From IMG/VR virus record IMGVR_UViG_3300037189_025930: DNA of 64,000 nucleotides. One strand, given 5' to 3'. This DNA comes from an uncultured virus (IMG/VR IMGVR_UViG_3300037189_025930) (lineage: Duplodnaviria; Heunggongvirae; Uroviricota; Caudoviricetes). The notes below the pieces were generated by a model. That model was not told the origin of the DNA. It ran no database searches and saw only the letters and a list, made by a program, of their open reading frames with translations. Position 1 is the stretch's first letter, and the number at the start of each line of letters is the position of its first letter. The position numbers and the translations under genes were made by a program. This document shows, one piece after another, positions 52,522 to 62,459 of the stretch.

Positions 52522-53820
52522 TTAGAAATTAACTTCTAAAACAGAACCACTACCTTGGATTGTAGATTGTGGTACGTGGTGTGGATAACCGATCTTCCAA
52601 TCTTTTGATAAATACCAATCGAAGTCTAGTATGTCTCTAATACACTCCATCAAAATTAAACACTCTTCTTCGTTAAATCTACTAAACAATTCATACTTAA
52701 GCGCTTCACTTAAGGTGTCTCCCATTTTAAGTGCTTCAGCGATATTCATCATTCTTCTCGTACTAAAAACAGAATTAGTAATATCACCATTCTTTTTAAG
52801 TGCTCTAAACAATTCAAAAATCTTAACGAGCTTCTTAGATAATTCAGAATCACCCAATATTGATTCAACAATCTTAGGTTCTTTCTTAGAATACTCCATT
52901 TGAAAAATAGTCCATCTGTCTAGAAAAGCACTGTTCATAAAATTTGTACCATGGTAAGAATCTGTGGAGTCTCCTCTACCAGTTGTATTACCTGTGGCAA
53001 AAATTCTAAATGAAGGGTTAGGAGTAACCATCTCACCTTCGTTAGAAGTAATAACGAGAGGCTTACCTTCAAGAACAGCTTGTAGTACAGAAGTGTGTTC
53101 TGGTTCAGCGTAATCAATTTCGTCTAGGAGTAACCAATAACCTCTTTTCATGGCTAATGGAACTAACCCGTATGCAAATTGAGTTTCGCTGTTTCTTACG
53201 ATATACTTTCCAATAAGAGTTGATTCAGTTACACCTTGGTGGAAGTTGATTCGTATAAGAGTTTGACCATAGAAGTCAGCTAGTTTCTGAATCATATCGC
53301 TTTTTCCTGTTCCAGATTCACCAGAAATAAATATATTTCTTTTACCTCTAATTCTATTTAAAAGATTAGGAGTAAATTCTGGAAAATAAAATCCATTATA
53401 ACTCTTTGGAGGTGAGTTATAAAGAACTGCTTCAGGAGGAGCTTCTTTTTGAAAGTCTGATATGTAACTTTCTTTTTTAACTACCTGTACTACCGGTTGT
53501 ACGATTGGTTGAACAACTTGTGGAGTACTTTGCTGTACTGTAACAACCTCTACTCTTGGAGCAACAAAAGCTGCTTGAGCGATTGGTTGTACGGAAGGAG
53601 CAACATAACCATTCTTGATTTGTATCTCAGGAGGTAATTGAATATTACCTTTATAGATAGCGTCAAAAAGATCGCTTAGTGGTCCTCTGAATTCGAAGTT
53701 CTTAACTGTTCTTCCAGTTGCTTTCTCTATGATTGAATAATCGAACCAATTAACGTTTCTTATTAATTCATAGTCATCTGGCAAAAGAACTTCATTTATA
53801 CTTTTGATGTTTTTTGTCAT
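52522..53820 (-). CDS. MoxR/CobS-like AAA+ ATPase
   Basis: GESGTGKS, LLLDEID, FRIFATGNT, AFLDRW, FSTRRM. Confidence 0.92.
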   Translation of the reverse strand: MTKNIKSINEVLLPDDYELIRNVNWFDYSIIEKATGRTVKNFEFRGPLSDLFDAIYKGNIQLPPEIQIKNGYVAPSVQPIAQAAFVAPRVEVVTVQQSTPQVVQPIVQPVVQVVKKESYISDFQKEAPPEAVLYNSPPKSYNGFYFPEFTPNLLNRIRGKRNIFISGESGTGKSDMIQKLADFYGQTLIRINFHQGVTESTLIGKYIVRNSETQFAYGLVPLAMKRGYWLLLDEIDYAEPEHTSVLQAVLEGKPLVITSNEGEMVTPNPSFRIFATGNTTGRGDSTDSYHGTNFMNSAFLDRWTIFQMEYSKKEPKIVESILGDSELSKKLVKIFELFRALKKNGDITNSVFSTRRMMNIAEALKMGDTLSEALKYELFSRFNEEECLILMECIRDILDFDWYLSKDWKIGYPHHVPQSTIQGSGSVLEVNF

Positions 53821-53921
53821 CTACTTATATTCTTCCCTTTTTTTAAAATTTTCTAATAATATAATATTACTTATTTAAGTATACGATTAAACCCAAAAAT
53901 AAATCCATCTAATAAAGAAAG

Positions 53922-54365
53922 TCAATGACTTTCTTTATTTCTTGCTAAATAGAAGGATGGCTTCAGAGGAGGGAAAATTTTTGTCTTATCTATCGCAATC
54001 TCTATTACTCTTTTGAATGGTGATTCTTTATAAAGATCTAAATTCTTAGAATCATAGAATTCAATCTCTTCCAGTTCAGCAACTGAATTTGAACTTAGGA
54101 ACTGTCTTATTCTATAAATCTTTACTTGAATAGAATCTCTTAATCTTTTAACATCTATTTTAAGATCATTTTGTTTTACAACAAAGTAAGCATGCTTACC
54201 ACTAAGAGTGTTAAGAGTCTTAGGGATATAGATTGCTTTCTTCTCTTTACCAATTGGATTAGCAATTATAGTTGCTGTTATTGTTCCAAGTTGATTAGAA
54301 TGCATCTCTTCAGACATGGAAGGTAAACCGCTCTTTGTCTTATCACAATTAATTCTAATAGCCAT
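53922..54365 (-). CDS. hypothetical protein
   Basis: AAGGAG RBS; promoter at about 54390-54425. Confidence 0.65.
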   Translation of the reverse strand: MAIRINCDKTKSGLPSMSEEMHSNQLGTITATIIANPIGKEKKAIYIPKTLNTLSGKHAYFVVKQNDLKIDVKRLRDSIQVKIYRIRQFLSSNSVAELEEIEFYDSKNLDLYKESPFKRVIEIAIDKTKIFPPLKPSFYLARNKESH

Positions 54366-54571
54366 ACGTTTCTCCTTATATACAGATATTATATTACAAC
54401 TATAACTAGATGTATAGACCCAAAAAATAGGACCAATTTTTGGGTTTTGTCATCATGACAAGAATAAGAAAAAAGTTTAGTGATTTCAATAACATGATTG
54501 TAACAAAGATTATACGAAGCTTTAATATAGCGTGATGTTTTATTGATAAAGATATTAATAGGAAGGCTATA

Positions 54572-55246
54572 ATGATTTGTAAAGTTTTTTTTGAATTAAA
54601 TGATCAATTAATTATTGATGATATTTTAAACATAAGAAATGTTTCTTTTAAGGAAACATATAATAAAGATATAATAGATACTTGGGAAGAGTATGATAAA
54701 AAGAGTTATCACTTTACAGTATATGATAACGATCTATTAGTTGGGTATTACAGATTAAGAAGATTTGATAATAACTTTAATGACACATTAGCGTCACAAT
54801 TATTTAATCTTGAAAACTTTTCTTATTCTGAGTTCTGTGAGATTAGTCGTGCTTGTGTTAATTCTAATTATCGTGATGGAAGCGTTATATCTTTATTGTG
54901 GACTAACATATCTAGCTTCTTATTAATGAATAACATTCAATATTGTATAGGATGTACATCTATTGTTAACGATCAATCTTTTTTGGTTAATTCTTTTTCG
55001 TACATCTTAAATAATAATTTAATTTTTAAAGATTTAATATTGCCAAAGAATAAAATAAACATAGAGCAAAAGCTTGATGAAGAAAACATAAAGAAAAAAT
55101 TTGTAACAACTCTAATAAGGGCTTATGGTAAACAAGGAGCTCTCTTTAGTCCATGGCCTTCTTTAGATGAAGAATGGAATACAATAGATTTCTTTACTGT
55201 ATTTAACGTTAAAGACTTAACAAAAAGATTTTCAAAAATGGGATAA
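54572..55246 (+). CDS. GNAT acyltransferase (OlsB/acetyltransf_5-like)
   Basis: LVGYYRL, EISRACVNSNYRDG, GCTS, LIRAYGKQGA, DEEWNTIDFF. Confidence 0.85.
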   Translation: MICKVFFELNDQLIIDDILNIRNVSFKETYNKDIIDTWEEYDKKSYHFTVYDNDLLVGYYRLRRFDNNFNDTLASQLFNLENFSYSEFCEISRACVNSNYRDGSVISLLWTNISSFLLMNNIQYCIGCTSIVNDQSFLVNSFSYILNNNLIFKDLILPKNKINIEQKLDEENIKKKFVTTLIRAYGKQGALFSPWPSLDEEWNTIDFFTVFNVKDLTKRFSKMG

Positions 55247-55297
55247 TTGTATATTATAATAAGCATATCTTCGTATAATGATTAATATAATAGACAT

Positions 55298-55615
55298 ATG
55301 GGATATATTTATTTAATACATCAAGAGGACACTGATTACTGGAAAATAGGTAGGACTAAGAAGCCATTAGATAGAATTAAAAAACATCGTAACTCTAATA
55401 TTAGTACTGTTGGTTACACAGCAATCTTTGAAGTAGAAGATGATGTTCTATCTGAAACAGTTCTTTTTCGTAGGTTAAATAAATATCGTTATGATGGTCG
55501 TGAATTCTTTGAGTTGCCAATAGATGAACTCAAAGATTTAGAGAAAAACATCATTGGCATCAAAACAGCATTCTATTCAGAAAAATTTTTATCCATTATT
55601 AAAGAAGCAACTTAA
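55298..55615 (+). CDS. GIY-YIG-like T5orf172/MUG113 domain protein
   Basis: GYIYLI, WKIGRT, REFF. Confidence 0.8.
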   Translation: MGYIYLIHQEDTDYWKIGRTKKPLDRIKKHRNSNISTVGYTAIFEVEDDVLSETVLFRRLNKYRYDGREFFELPIDELKDLEKNIIGIKTAFYSEKFLSIIKEAT

Positions 55616-55622
55616 CGCTTCT

Positions 55623-56276
55623 TTATAATCTGTACTTTAACACTTTACTTCCTATACTAGAAGTAATTAGTATTTTAAAATCCACATATCCAGAAAATTT
55701 ATTAGGTATCTCTATTTTCCATCCTAAACACTCGTGACGATAATCTGTATTACATTGAGAGTCTGGATAATAAATACCCCACTCTTCGTAATAAGTGTTG
55801 ATACATGAAAAATAACCATCTCTACCAGAAGGTTTATTTAAAGCTGGATACCAAACTGTTTTATAACTCCAAACTTTAATGTTTGGATTATCAGGTATCA
55901 ATTCAGCTTCGAATTTTGGTAGAGGATTATTACCATCATAAAATAAAGGAATTTGTAGAACCCCATTTTCACCAGGTTCTGGTACACCATTATTATTTCC
56001 CGAACTCCATCCGTTTGGATAACAATAAGAAGTGTCGGGATGATGATCATTAAAGAAATACTTTCCAGGTATAGTCTCTAGACAATCTAGACCACAACTA
56101 GAAAGATATGTTCCGCTTGATCCATTGTTTGGTTTAGAACCTGAGTAATTATTTGTCGTCGTGTTATTATTTATCGTTAAGAACCACAGGGATATTTTAT
56201 CATAATCAATTCTTGATGTTGTACTCATATCGCAATTAACAAAAAACAATAACACGAGAAGTAAATAACTTCTCAT
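55623..56276 (-). CDS. lipoprotein
   Basis: MRSYLLLVLLFFVNC signal and lipobox. Confidence 0.65.
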   Translation of the reverse strand: MRSYLLLVLLFFVNCDMSTTSRIDYDKISLWFLTINNNTTTNNYSGSKPNNGSSGTYLSSCGLDCLETIPGKYFFNDHHPDTSYCYPNGWSSGNNNGVPEPGENGVLQIPLFYDGNNPLPKFEAELIPDNPNIKVWSYKTVWYPALNKPSGRDGYFSCINTYYEEWGIYYPDSQCNTDYRHECLGWKIEIPNKFSGYVDFKILITSSIGSKVLKYRL

Positions 56277-56291
56277 GTTTGTTCTCCTTTT

Positions 56292-59200
56292 TTAAATTAT
56301 CTTCTTAATTTTCTTTTCTAAATTGTTTCTTATGTCGGAAGAGTTCTTTACCAGAGTAAAGTTCTCCTTACCGATATACTTCTCTCCATTATTATTCTCA
56401 ATACCTATCCCGTAAATCTCCCAACCAGAACTTCTCATTTTATTAAAAAGATCTTTGTAAGTATATTCACTCTTAGACGTGTTATAAGCAGTTTCAAAAA
56501 AGTATGAAAAGTTGATTAAGAAAAACAATTTACACATGTCTTCAATAGAAGTAATCTCGTCACGATCTAAATAGAAAGAAACATCTCTATCAGTCGAACA
56601 GGTTTCTTTTACATGTAGTAATTTTTTATTGACCTTTATTTTAAAAGAAGGTATGTCCTTCATAATTATTTTATTATGAGTAACATCTTTCTTTTGAAAA
56701 TACTTTCTATCCAACTTAAAGAATTTAGTCTCTATGTTTTCTCTATCACTGTAATTAAAGTCATATAGAAAATTATCAAGATCAGAAAATACTTGTTGTG
56801 CTTTATCTAGTTCAACTAAGTTCTCTTTATTTTTATCATAATCTGAATGTTCAAAGAATTTATAATAATTGCTATATCTAAAGTTCTTTGTGAACAATGA
56901 ATAAGCAGTTCTTGTAATATCTTTTAAAATTCTTTCTTGTTCTGAGTTAGAAATTATAACCTCTTTACCAAAGATAAAGTCATAAGCAAAATTATAAAAA
57001 GAAACAAATTTCGTAGAATCACTTAGATTAGAATTGTTTATCAATTTCATTTCTTTATCTTGGAATGAAAATGAATCGTACTCTCCATCGTTAATTAAAA
57101 ACAATTTTTGTTTAGGTAAAGCATTATACAATCCAATAACCGCTGGACACTCGGGAGTACTACCAGAAAAGAAATTATCCCATGCGTTAAAGTACCTTCC
57201 ATTGTTAGCACAATTGAGAAGTAACTCTATGATCTTCTTTCTTTCTTGTCCACGAGTGTTACGATTAATAAGACAATAAATCAAAGTAAAATTGTTTTTA
57301 GTGTAACTAAATTGCTCATTAAGTCTAAAAGAAATTTCTGAATCATAAACTTTGTGATCATACATATGCTTTGGATACATTTTTTGTAGAGCAATCTTCT
57401 CTGATAAAGAATTAAATTTGTAACTAATATGGTGGTAATCCTTACCCGAAAAAGAAAAGACGTTGAATGGAATATTTATTTTAGAAAATACCTCATTAAG
57501 AACCACAACCGACTCTAATAAGTTTTTCAATTTATACCCACTCATAGATCCACTAAAATCTAATAAGAAAGAAACATCATCTTTAGTAACTAAAGTTTTC
57601 TCTAACATACTAAAAATTCTGGAATCAAATTGCTTCTTATTTAAGATCTTGTAAAGAGCTTCGTTATTTAAATCACCTTGTTCTTTGTTAAAGAATCTTT
57701 TACTTTTTTCTTTATCTTGGAACTTCAATCTAAAATAATTAGACAACTTGATAATGTTTTGATTATTAGCTGCTACAATCTTATTATAAAGAGATCTAAC
57801 GTTTGGATCGTTCTTTTTTCTTTTCTTTTTCTTATTAGCAATAGATAAGTAACGAGAAGCATCTACTACTTTAGAACCAAGGTTTCTCATTTTAGAGTTA
57901 TTATATTTGATAAACTCATTAGCTTGAGACTCGTGATTTAAAATATCTTCAATTAAATCAGTCTCGCAACCCTTAATAAGTTTTAAAACATCTATAATAT
58001 TAATCTCACTACCATCCTCTTTAGTCAACTTCTCAGAAAGAGAATCAACAGTAGAGTTAAACTTTTCAGAATTAGATTTGTCTTTCTCTCCTCCACCAAA
58101 TTGTTCTTTAATGTTATCTAACTCATCTTCTAAATTATTTTTCATTTCATCAGCTAACATACTAGAAAAATCTTTATTATTGAACTCTCTATCGTCTGCT
58201 TCTTCGTCTAAATTAGACGATTCATCTAACTCTTCATCGTCTAAGTCTTCATCTTCTTCAAACTCTTCTTCTTCTTCCTCTTCATTCTCTTCACCGTCTA
58301 ATCCAGATTCAGAAGTATCTTCATACTCACCTTCTCTATTTTCATTAGAACCATTAGAAGAACTTTGCGAAGAAGAATTTTCAGACTCATCCTCTTCAGA
58401 ATCAGATTCAGAATCTTCTTCTTGTTTTTCATTTTTTTCTTTTGGACTCAAATCAGGAATAGAAGATTGTGGTTTTTCCTTTTCACTCTTCATAGAAGCT
58501 TTTGGATTATAACCAGAAGACTGTGATTGATTACTATCTTCTTCACTATCCTCTTGAGTATAATCACTTTCTTCATACTCTACTTCTTCATACTCCTCAT
58601 CTAACATTTCTTCATAAGCTTTAATATCATTTTTTCTTTCTTGTAACTCTTGATTAAAATCTTTCTTAATTTGTCTTACAAGTTCAGCAACTTCTTGTCT
58701 GGATAAATTAAGAAAATCAGAATACTTAGAAAAGATTTTATCGTAAATCTCAGTAGAGAAAGTTTGTTTAAATTCAAATCTTTTAGAACGATAGATAAAA
58801 TAAAAAGCTAAGTTCTGAAAAGTAGGTGAATCAATTTCAATCTTCTCTTTACCACGATTAAAAAACTTTTTCTGTACGTCAAAGAAAGTATCGTTAGCAC
58901 CTGGAAATCTCTTTCCAAACGCCCACTCAATTCTTACATCTTCAATCGCATTATTGAGAAACATAACGTCTGATGGATCGCCTCTATGATGTTCCGTGTA
59001 ACTTTCCATGTCAGAGTAAATGATATGAGCCACTTCGTGCTTTAAGAAAGCTTTTCGTAACTTAATATCATCTTCTTGAATAGACTCATCAATATAAAAA
59101 TCTTTTATTTTAGGTAAATAAATAGAAAATTTATTTTGATTGTTATCGCGATCTTTTCGATACGAAACACGTGGTTGTGCGTCGTAGTCTTGAACAAATA

Positions 59201-59324
59201 TCGAAACAACATCGTCTATCTTACCAGTCGCTTGTAACAACGAATTACAATAACTGGATATCGCATAAGAATCGTTCCAAAATTCAGGGGAATCTGTAGC
59301 TGATTCTAATTTTAGATGTTCCAT
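56292..59324 (-). CDS. CobT-like vWA protein with N-terminal metallopeptidase motif and acidic linker
   Basis: HEVAH...NAIEDVRIE, D/E/S-rich linker, MIDAS LLDFSGSM, GSTPE, INDGE, IYGIGI. Confidence 0.88.
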   Translation of the reverse strand: MEHLKLESATDSPEFWNDSYAISSYCNSLLQATGKIDDVVSIFVQDYDAQPRVSYRKDRDNNQNKFSIYLPKIKDFYIDESIQEDDIKLRKAFLKHEVAHIIYSDMESYTEHHRGDPSDVMFLNNAIEDVRIEWAFGKRFPGANDTFFDVQKKFFNRGKEKIEIDSPTFQNLAFYFIYRSKRFEFKQTFSTEIYDKIFSKYSDFLNLSRQEVAELVRQIKKDFNQELQERKNDIKAYEEMLDEEYEEVEYEESDYTQEDSEEDSNQSQSSGYNPKASMKSEKEKPQSSIPDLSPKEKNEKQEEDSESDSEEDESENSSSQSSSNGSNENREGEYEDTSESGLDGEENEEEEEEEFEEDEDLDDEELDESSNLDEEADDREFNNKDFSSMLADEMKNNLEDELDNIKEQFGGGEKDKSNSEKFNSTVDSLSEKLTKEDGSEINIIDVLKLIKGCETDLIEDILNHESQANEFIKYNNSKMRNLGSKVVDASRYLSIANKKKKRKKNDPNVRSLYNKIVAANNQNIIKLSNYFRLKFQDKEKSKRFFNKEQGDLNNEALYKILNKKQFDSRIFSMLEKTLVTKDDVSFLLDFSGSMSGYKLKNLLESVVVLNEVFSKINIPFNVFSFSGKDYHHISYKFNSLSEKIALQKMYPKHMYDHKVYDSEISFRLNEQFSYTKNNFTLIYCLINRNTRGQERKKIIELLLNCANNGRYFNAWDNFFSGSTPECPAVIGLYNALPKQKLFLINDGEYDSFSFQDKEMKLINNSNLSDSTKFVSFYNFAYDFIFGKEVIISNSEQERILKDITRTAYSLFTKNFRYSNYYKFFEHSDYDKNKENLVELDKAQQVFSDLDNFLYDFNYSDRENIETKFFKLDRKYFQKKDVTHNKIIMKDIPSFKIKVNKKLLHVKETCSTDRDVSFYLDRDEITSIEDMCKLFFLINFSYFFETAYNTSKSEYTYKDLFNKMRSSGWEIYGIGIENNNGEKYIGKENFTLVKNSSDIRNNLEKKIKKII

Positions 59325-59458
59325 TATATTTTTCTTCTCCTTATAATATTTTTTCTTAATACTATAATACTAAATATATATACTAACGATTAAACCCAAA
59401 AAAGAAACAGTAATAAGAAAGAAAAAACTGATCTCTCAGTCTCTTCTCTCTTGATAAA

Positions 59459-60133
59459 TCAACTCAAAGAATTTAACTTCTTAGCAATAGCTTTAAACTC
59501 CTCTATCATCTCAACCGGAACACTCCATCCATTTGAACCAAGAATACCTTCTCTTACATAGTAAACTTCTGGATTAGAAAGAAGTATATCGTTTCTTCTA
59601 TTCTCTCCATACATGAGATGCTTTCTATCTTTGATAGCAATGATTCCTGCTCTAATCTCTACTACAAAGTGTCTCTCTTTAATAGATGGATTACTCAAAA
59701 AAGATTTAATCTTCTCTAAGAAAGAAATATAAGTATCAGCATTCTCTTTAAACTCTTCTAAAGTAGAAGTAAATCCAAGATTATCATCTAAGTAATCTAA
59801 TCCAGAATTATAAGAATCATAATTATCTAAGATATCCTTTTCTTGTAATCCTTCGAATTGAAGATCTAAAGAAATATCGTTAATATCAAAACCATTTTCT
59901 ATATATCTTTCAATCCTCTTTTTAAGACGTTCAGAAAAAGGTACTCCATCCTTATGAAGAAGATCACTAATTGACTTCTCTAAACTAGAGATCTTAGATT
60001 CTATTAACTCAACATCACGATCAGCATCTTCTAATTCACTAACGATATCATCACTAAAAGAAGTGATCTTATCTGCAAGATCGCTTGCTATACTCTTCAC
60101 ATCTGTAATATCTCTTTTGTTATACAAATACAC
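59459..60133 (-). CDS. hypothetical protein
   Basis: AAGGAG plus GTG; promoter at about 60165-60200. Confidence 0.65.
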   Translation of the reverse strand: MYLYNKRDITDVKSIASDLADKITSFSDDIVSELEDADRDVELIESKISSLEKSISDLLHKDGVPFSERLKKRIERYIENGFDINDISLDLQFEGLQEKDILDNYDSYNSGLDYLDDNLGFTSTLEEFKENADTYISFLEKIKSFLSNPSIKERHFVVEIRAGIIAIKDRKHLMYGENRRNDILLSNPEVYYVREGILGSNGWSVPVEMIEEFKAIAKKLNSLS

Positions 60134-60273
60134 GTTCGTTCTCCTTTTTTAAATATATAATAATATTTTAATAGTATTAGAACTAAGTGTTAAAACCTAA
60201 AAAATAAACATATATAAAAAAAAACCTCTCAATTAAGAGAGGTCAAAAGTGGAAGAATAAGTGTATGGGGAAT

Positions 60274-60954
60274 TTATTTCTTTAACTTTAATATACCATC
60301 TATACCACTATCTAAATAGATGTTATATAACTCAAAAACCTTTCCACTAAAATCTATCTCTTCGTGAGTTCCATCAGCAAGAACTATATGATACCTAACC
60401 CACTTTGCTTTATCCCTCTCTATATGTATATTATCTTCTTTAAGAAGCAATTGGAGAGTCTTAAGATTTGGAGCAGGTCCACCTTTATAATCGCGATGTC
60501 CAGATACCTTCTCAAGATTGTTCTTCTCTAACGGAGTTGGTACAAAAGATGGAGAAGCTAATTTTTTGGGTTTTGTTATTACTTCTATTTCATTTTCTAA
60601 AAAATCTCCTATCGCCGAACTCAAATCGTCTTCATCAGCAATATCTTCGCTCTTCTCTAAATCACTTTTAACTGATATAGTCTTTACAGAAGCCATCCCC
60701 TTAATAGCTTTAGCCGTAATAGCTTTTTGAGCTTTAAAAATATCCTTTTGCATCTCACGATTATAAGCATCTTCATTCGTTAGAAAAACATGCAAGATCT
60801 CATCTTCTACTCCCTTATCTGTACGAACTAACATTAAACGCAAATCAGTAACATTACCAACGAACTTTACAAAAGTACCTTTAAAGTATTCTCGACCAGA
60901 AGCCCAAAAAATAATATCACCTTCTTTCAACTTATCAACTTCTTCTATTACCAT
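60274..60954 (-). CDS. protein with C-terminal WPVY-like domain
   Basis: NLKTLQ...IERDKAKWVRYHI...FSGKVFELY...GIDGI. Confidence 0.7.
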   Translation of the reverse strand: MVIEEVDKLKEGDIIFWASGREYFKGTFVKFVGNVTDLRLMLVRTDKGVEDEILHVFLTNEDAYNREMQKDIFKAQKAITAKAIKGMASVKTISVKSDLEKSEDIADEDDLSSAIGDFLENEIEVITKPKKLASPSFVPTPLEKNNLEKVSGHRDYKGGPAPNLKTLQLLLKEDNIHIERDKAKWVRYHIVLADGTHEEIDFSGKVFELYNIYLDSGIDGILKLKK

Positions 60955-60966
60955 ACATTTACACCT

Positions 60967-61140
60967 CTATTTTTTTTCATTATCATTTAAAATAATGCGT
61001 CTTTTGTGATTAAAGAACTCATATTCTTCTATCTTTAGGAACTGATTAGAGTTCTTCAAAAATTCAAGTAAGGACTTTAAATAAAATTTAGAATCTGATT
61101 CCTTACCTTTAATCTTAATCTTTATAATTATTTCTGTCAT
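60967..61140 (-). CDS. hypothetical 57-aa protein (not in ORF track)
   Basis: AGGA RBS; MTEIIIKIKIKG. Confidence 0.5.
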   Translation of the reverse strand: MTEIIIKIKIKGKESDSKFYLKSLLEFLKNSNQFLKIEEYEFFNHKRRIILNDNEKK

Positions 61141-61311
61141 CTATAAGTCCTATATTAAATTATATAGAAGAAAGAAATAAATGTCTATACCTAATAAATA
61201 TAAAAGCAGAAAAAAGAGAGAGGTAAATTAATACCTCTCTCTAAGAACGATAAACAAAGGAATAACTTTTCATTTAACAAATCTTTTCGCTTAAACCCAA
61301 CCAAGGACAAC

Positions 61312-61458
61312 TCAATAATTTTCAAACTGGAATTTACAATCCTTCGCGTTTTCCTCTTCACAAATTTCATAATCGTTAACGCTAGTAAGATCCTTTCTCT
61401 CAGTTGTCGAACAATTAAATAACCAACCCATAACCAATATTAAAAAAATTCTTTTCAT
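61312..61458 (-). CDS. 48-aa lipoprotein (not in ORF track)
   Basis: GGAGAC SD, own promoter, MKRIFLILVMGWLFNC lipobox. Confidence 0.65.
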   Translation of the reverse strand: MKRIFLILVMGWLFNCSTTERKDLTSVNDYEICEEENAKDCKFQFENY

Positions 61459-61548
61459 GCTAGTCTCCATTTACTTTATATAAGAATATTCTATACTATA
61501 AGTAATTAGATGCTTAAACCCAAAAAGAAATCCATTACAAAGAGAATA

Positions 61549-62371
61549 TCAGATGATCTTCTCTTCTAATCCATAATGTGTTATAAACCAATTAATATCG
61601 TTAAAACGCGTTTTACCTTTCTTTAAAATACAAAAAAGATTTATATCTATCTCTATCTTATATAAAACAGAAGATTCATTAATAACTTCCCTAGAAACAT
61701 AATCACCATTAATATAAGCTCCTCTATATTCATCAAACAAATCGTAATAATAACCAACAAAAGATGATTTCCTTATAATCACATAATACTTATGATTAGA
61801 ATAATATTCACTCATATCAAATACTCCTGTAATCCATATCTATTAAAAACATCTCTAATATCCCTATTATTTAAATCTTCAATAAAGTTTAAATTCAATA
61901 ATCTATCTAATAAATCCATATCAAGTATCTTAATTTTATATTCATACTCTAAATCAAAATACAAGATTTTATAATTATCTTTAATCTTTCGATCACCATA
62001 AAAATATATAGCCTTGTCATAATCAGCAATAACAAAACTCTGTATCTTATAGTTATTAGTATTAACACATAAATAATAATTCATATCAAATACTCTTGTA
62101 ATCCAAATGAAATTAAAACTTTATTAAAATCCTGTTGACAAAAATGTTTACCATAATCACTTCTTAAAAAACGATTATAAGATTCAAAATCTATTACAAA
62201 AACATAATCGTAATTGTACACAAGATTATCAAATTTAATTTCATCTATGAAAGAATCTCCAATCCTATCATTACCGTTAAATAAAAATCCATTCTCTGAA
62301 TTGAAAAGATGTAATAACCAAATTGTTTTATCTTTATATATATCAATACAGAGATAATATTTCTTATCCAT
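61549..62371 (-). CDS. three small proteins of the C-terminal G-L-x-E-x-x-I family (61549, 61812, 62081)
   Basis: end YGLEEKII, YGLQEYLI, FGLQEYLI; ATGA-coupled. Confidence 0.7.
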
Positions 62372-62377
62372 ATATCT

Positions 62378-62411
62378 ATAATATAACTAATAATAAACAA
62401 TGATTAAACCT
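62378..62411 (-). promoter_or_regulatory. phage promoter AGGTTT-N22-TATTAT giving an apparently leaderless transcript
   Basis: ATG of 62371 lies 6 nt after the -10 hexamer; same spacing at many other sites. Confidence 0.7.
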
Positions 62412-62459
62412 AATAGTATAGAATTGAAAAAGATTTATGTCCTCTTATAAAAACACAAT

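Noticed and set aside
2522..61974. Antisense or nested ORFs (2522, 6180, 9465, 12338, 18518, 19919, 31124, 42944, 44121, 46062, 49680, 50481, 51767, 52631, 52935, 57034, 57463, 58078, 60468, 60518, 61792)
   Set aside because: Shadows of well-supported genes, without RBS or recognisable motifs.
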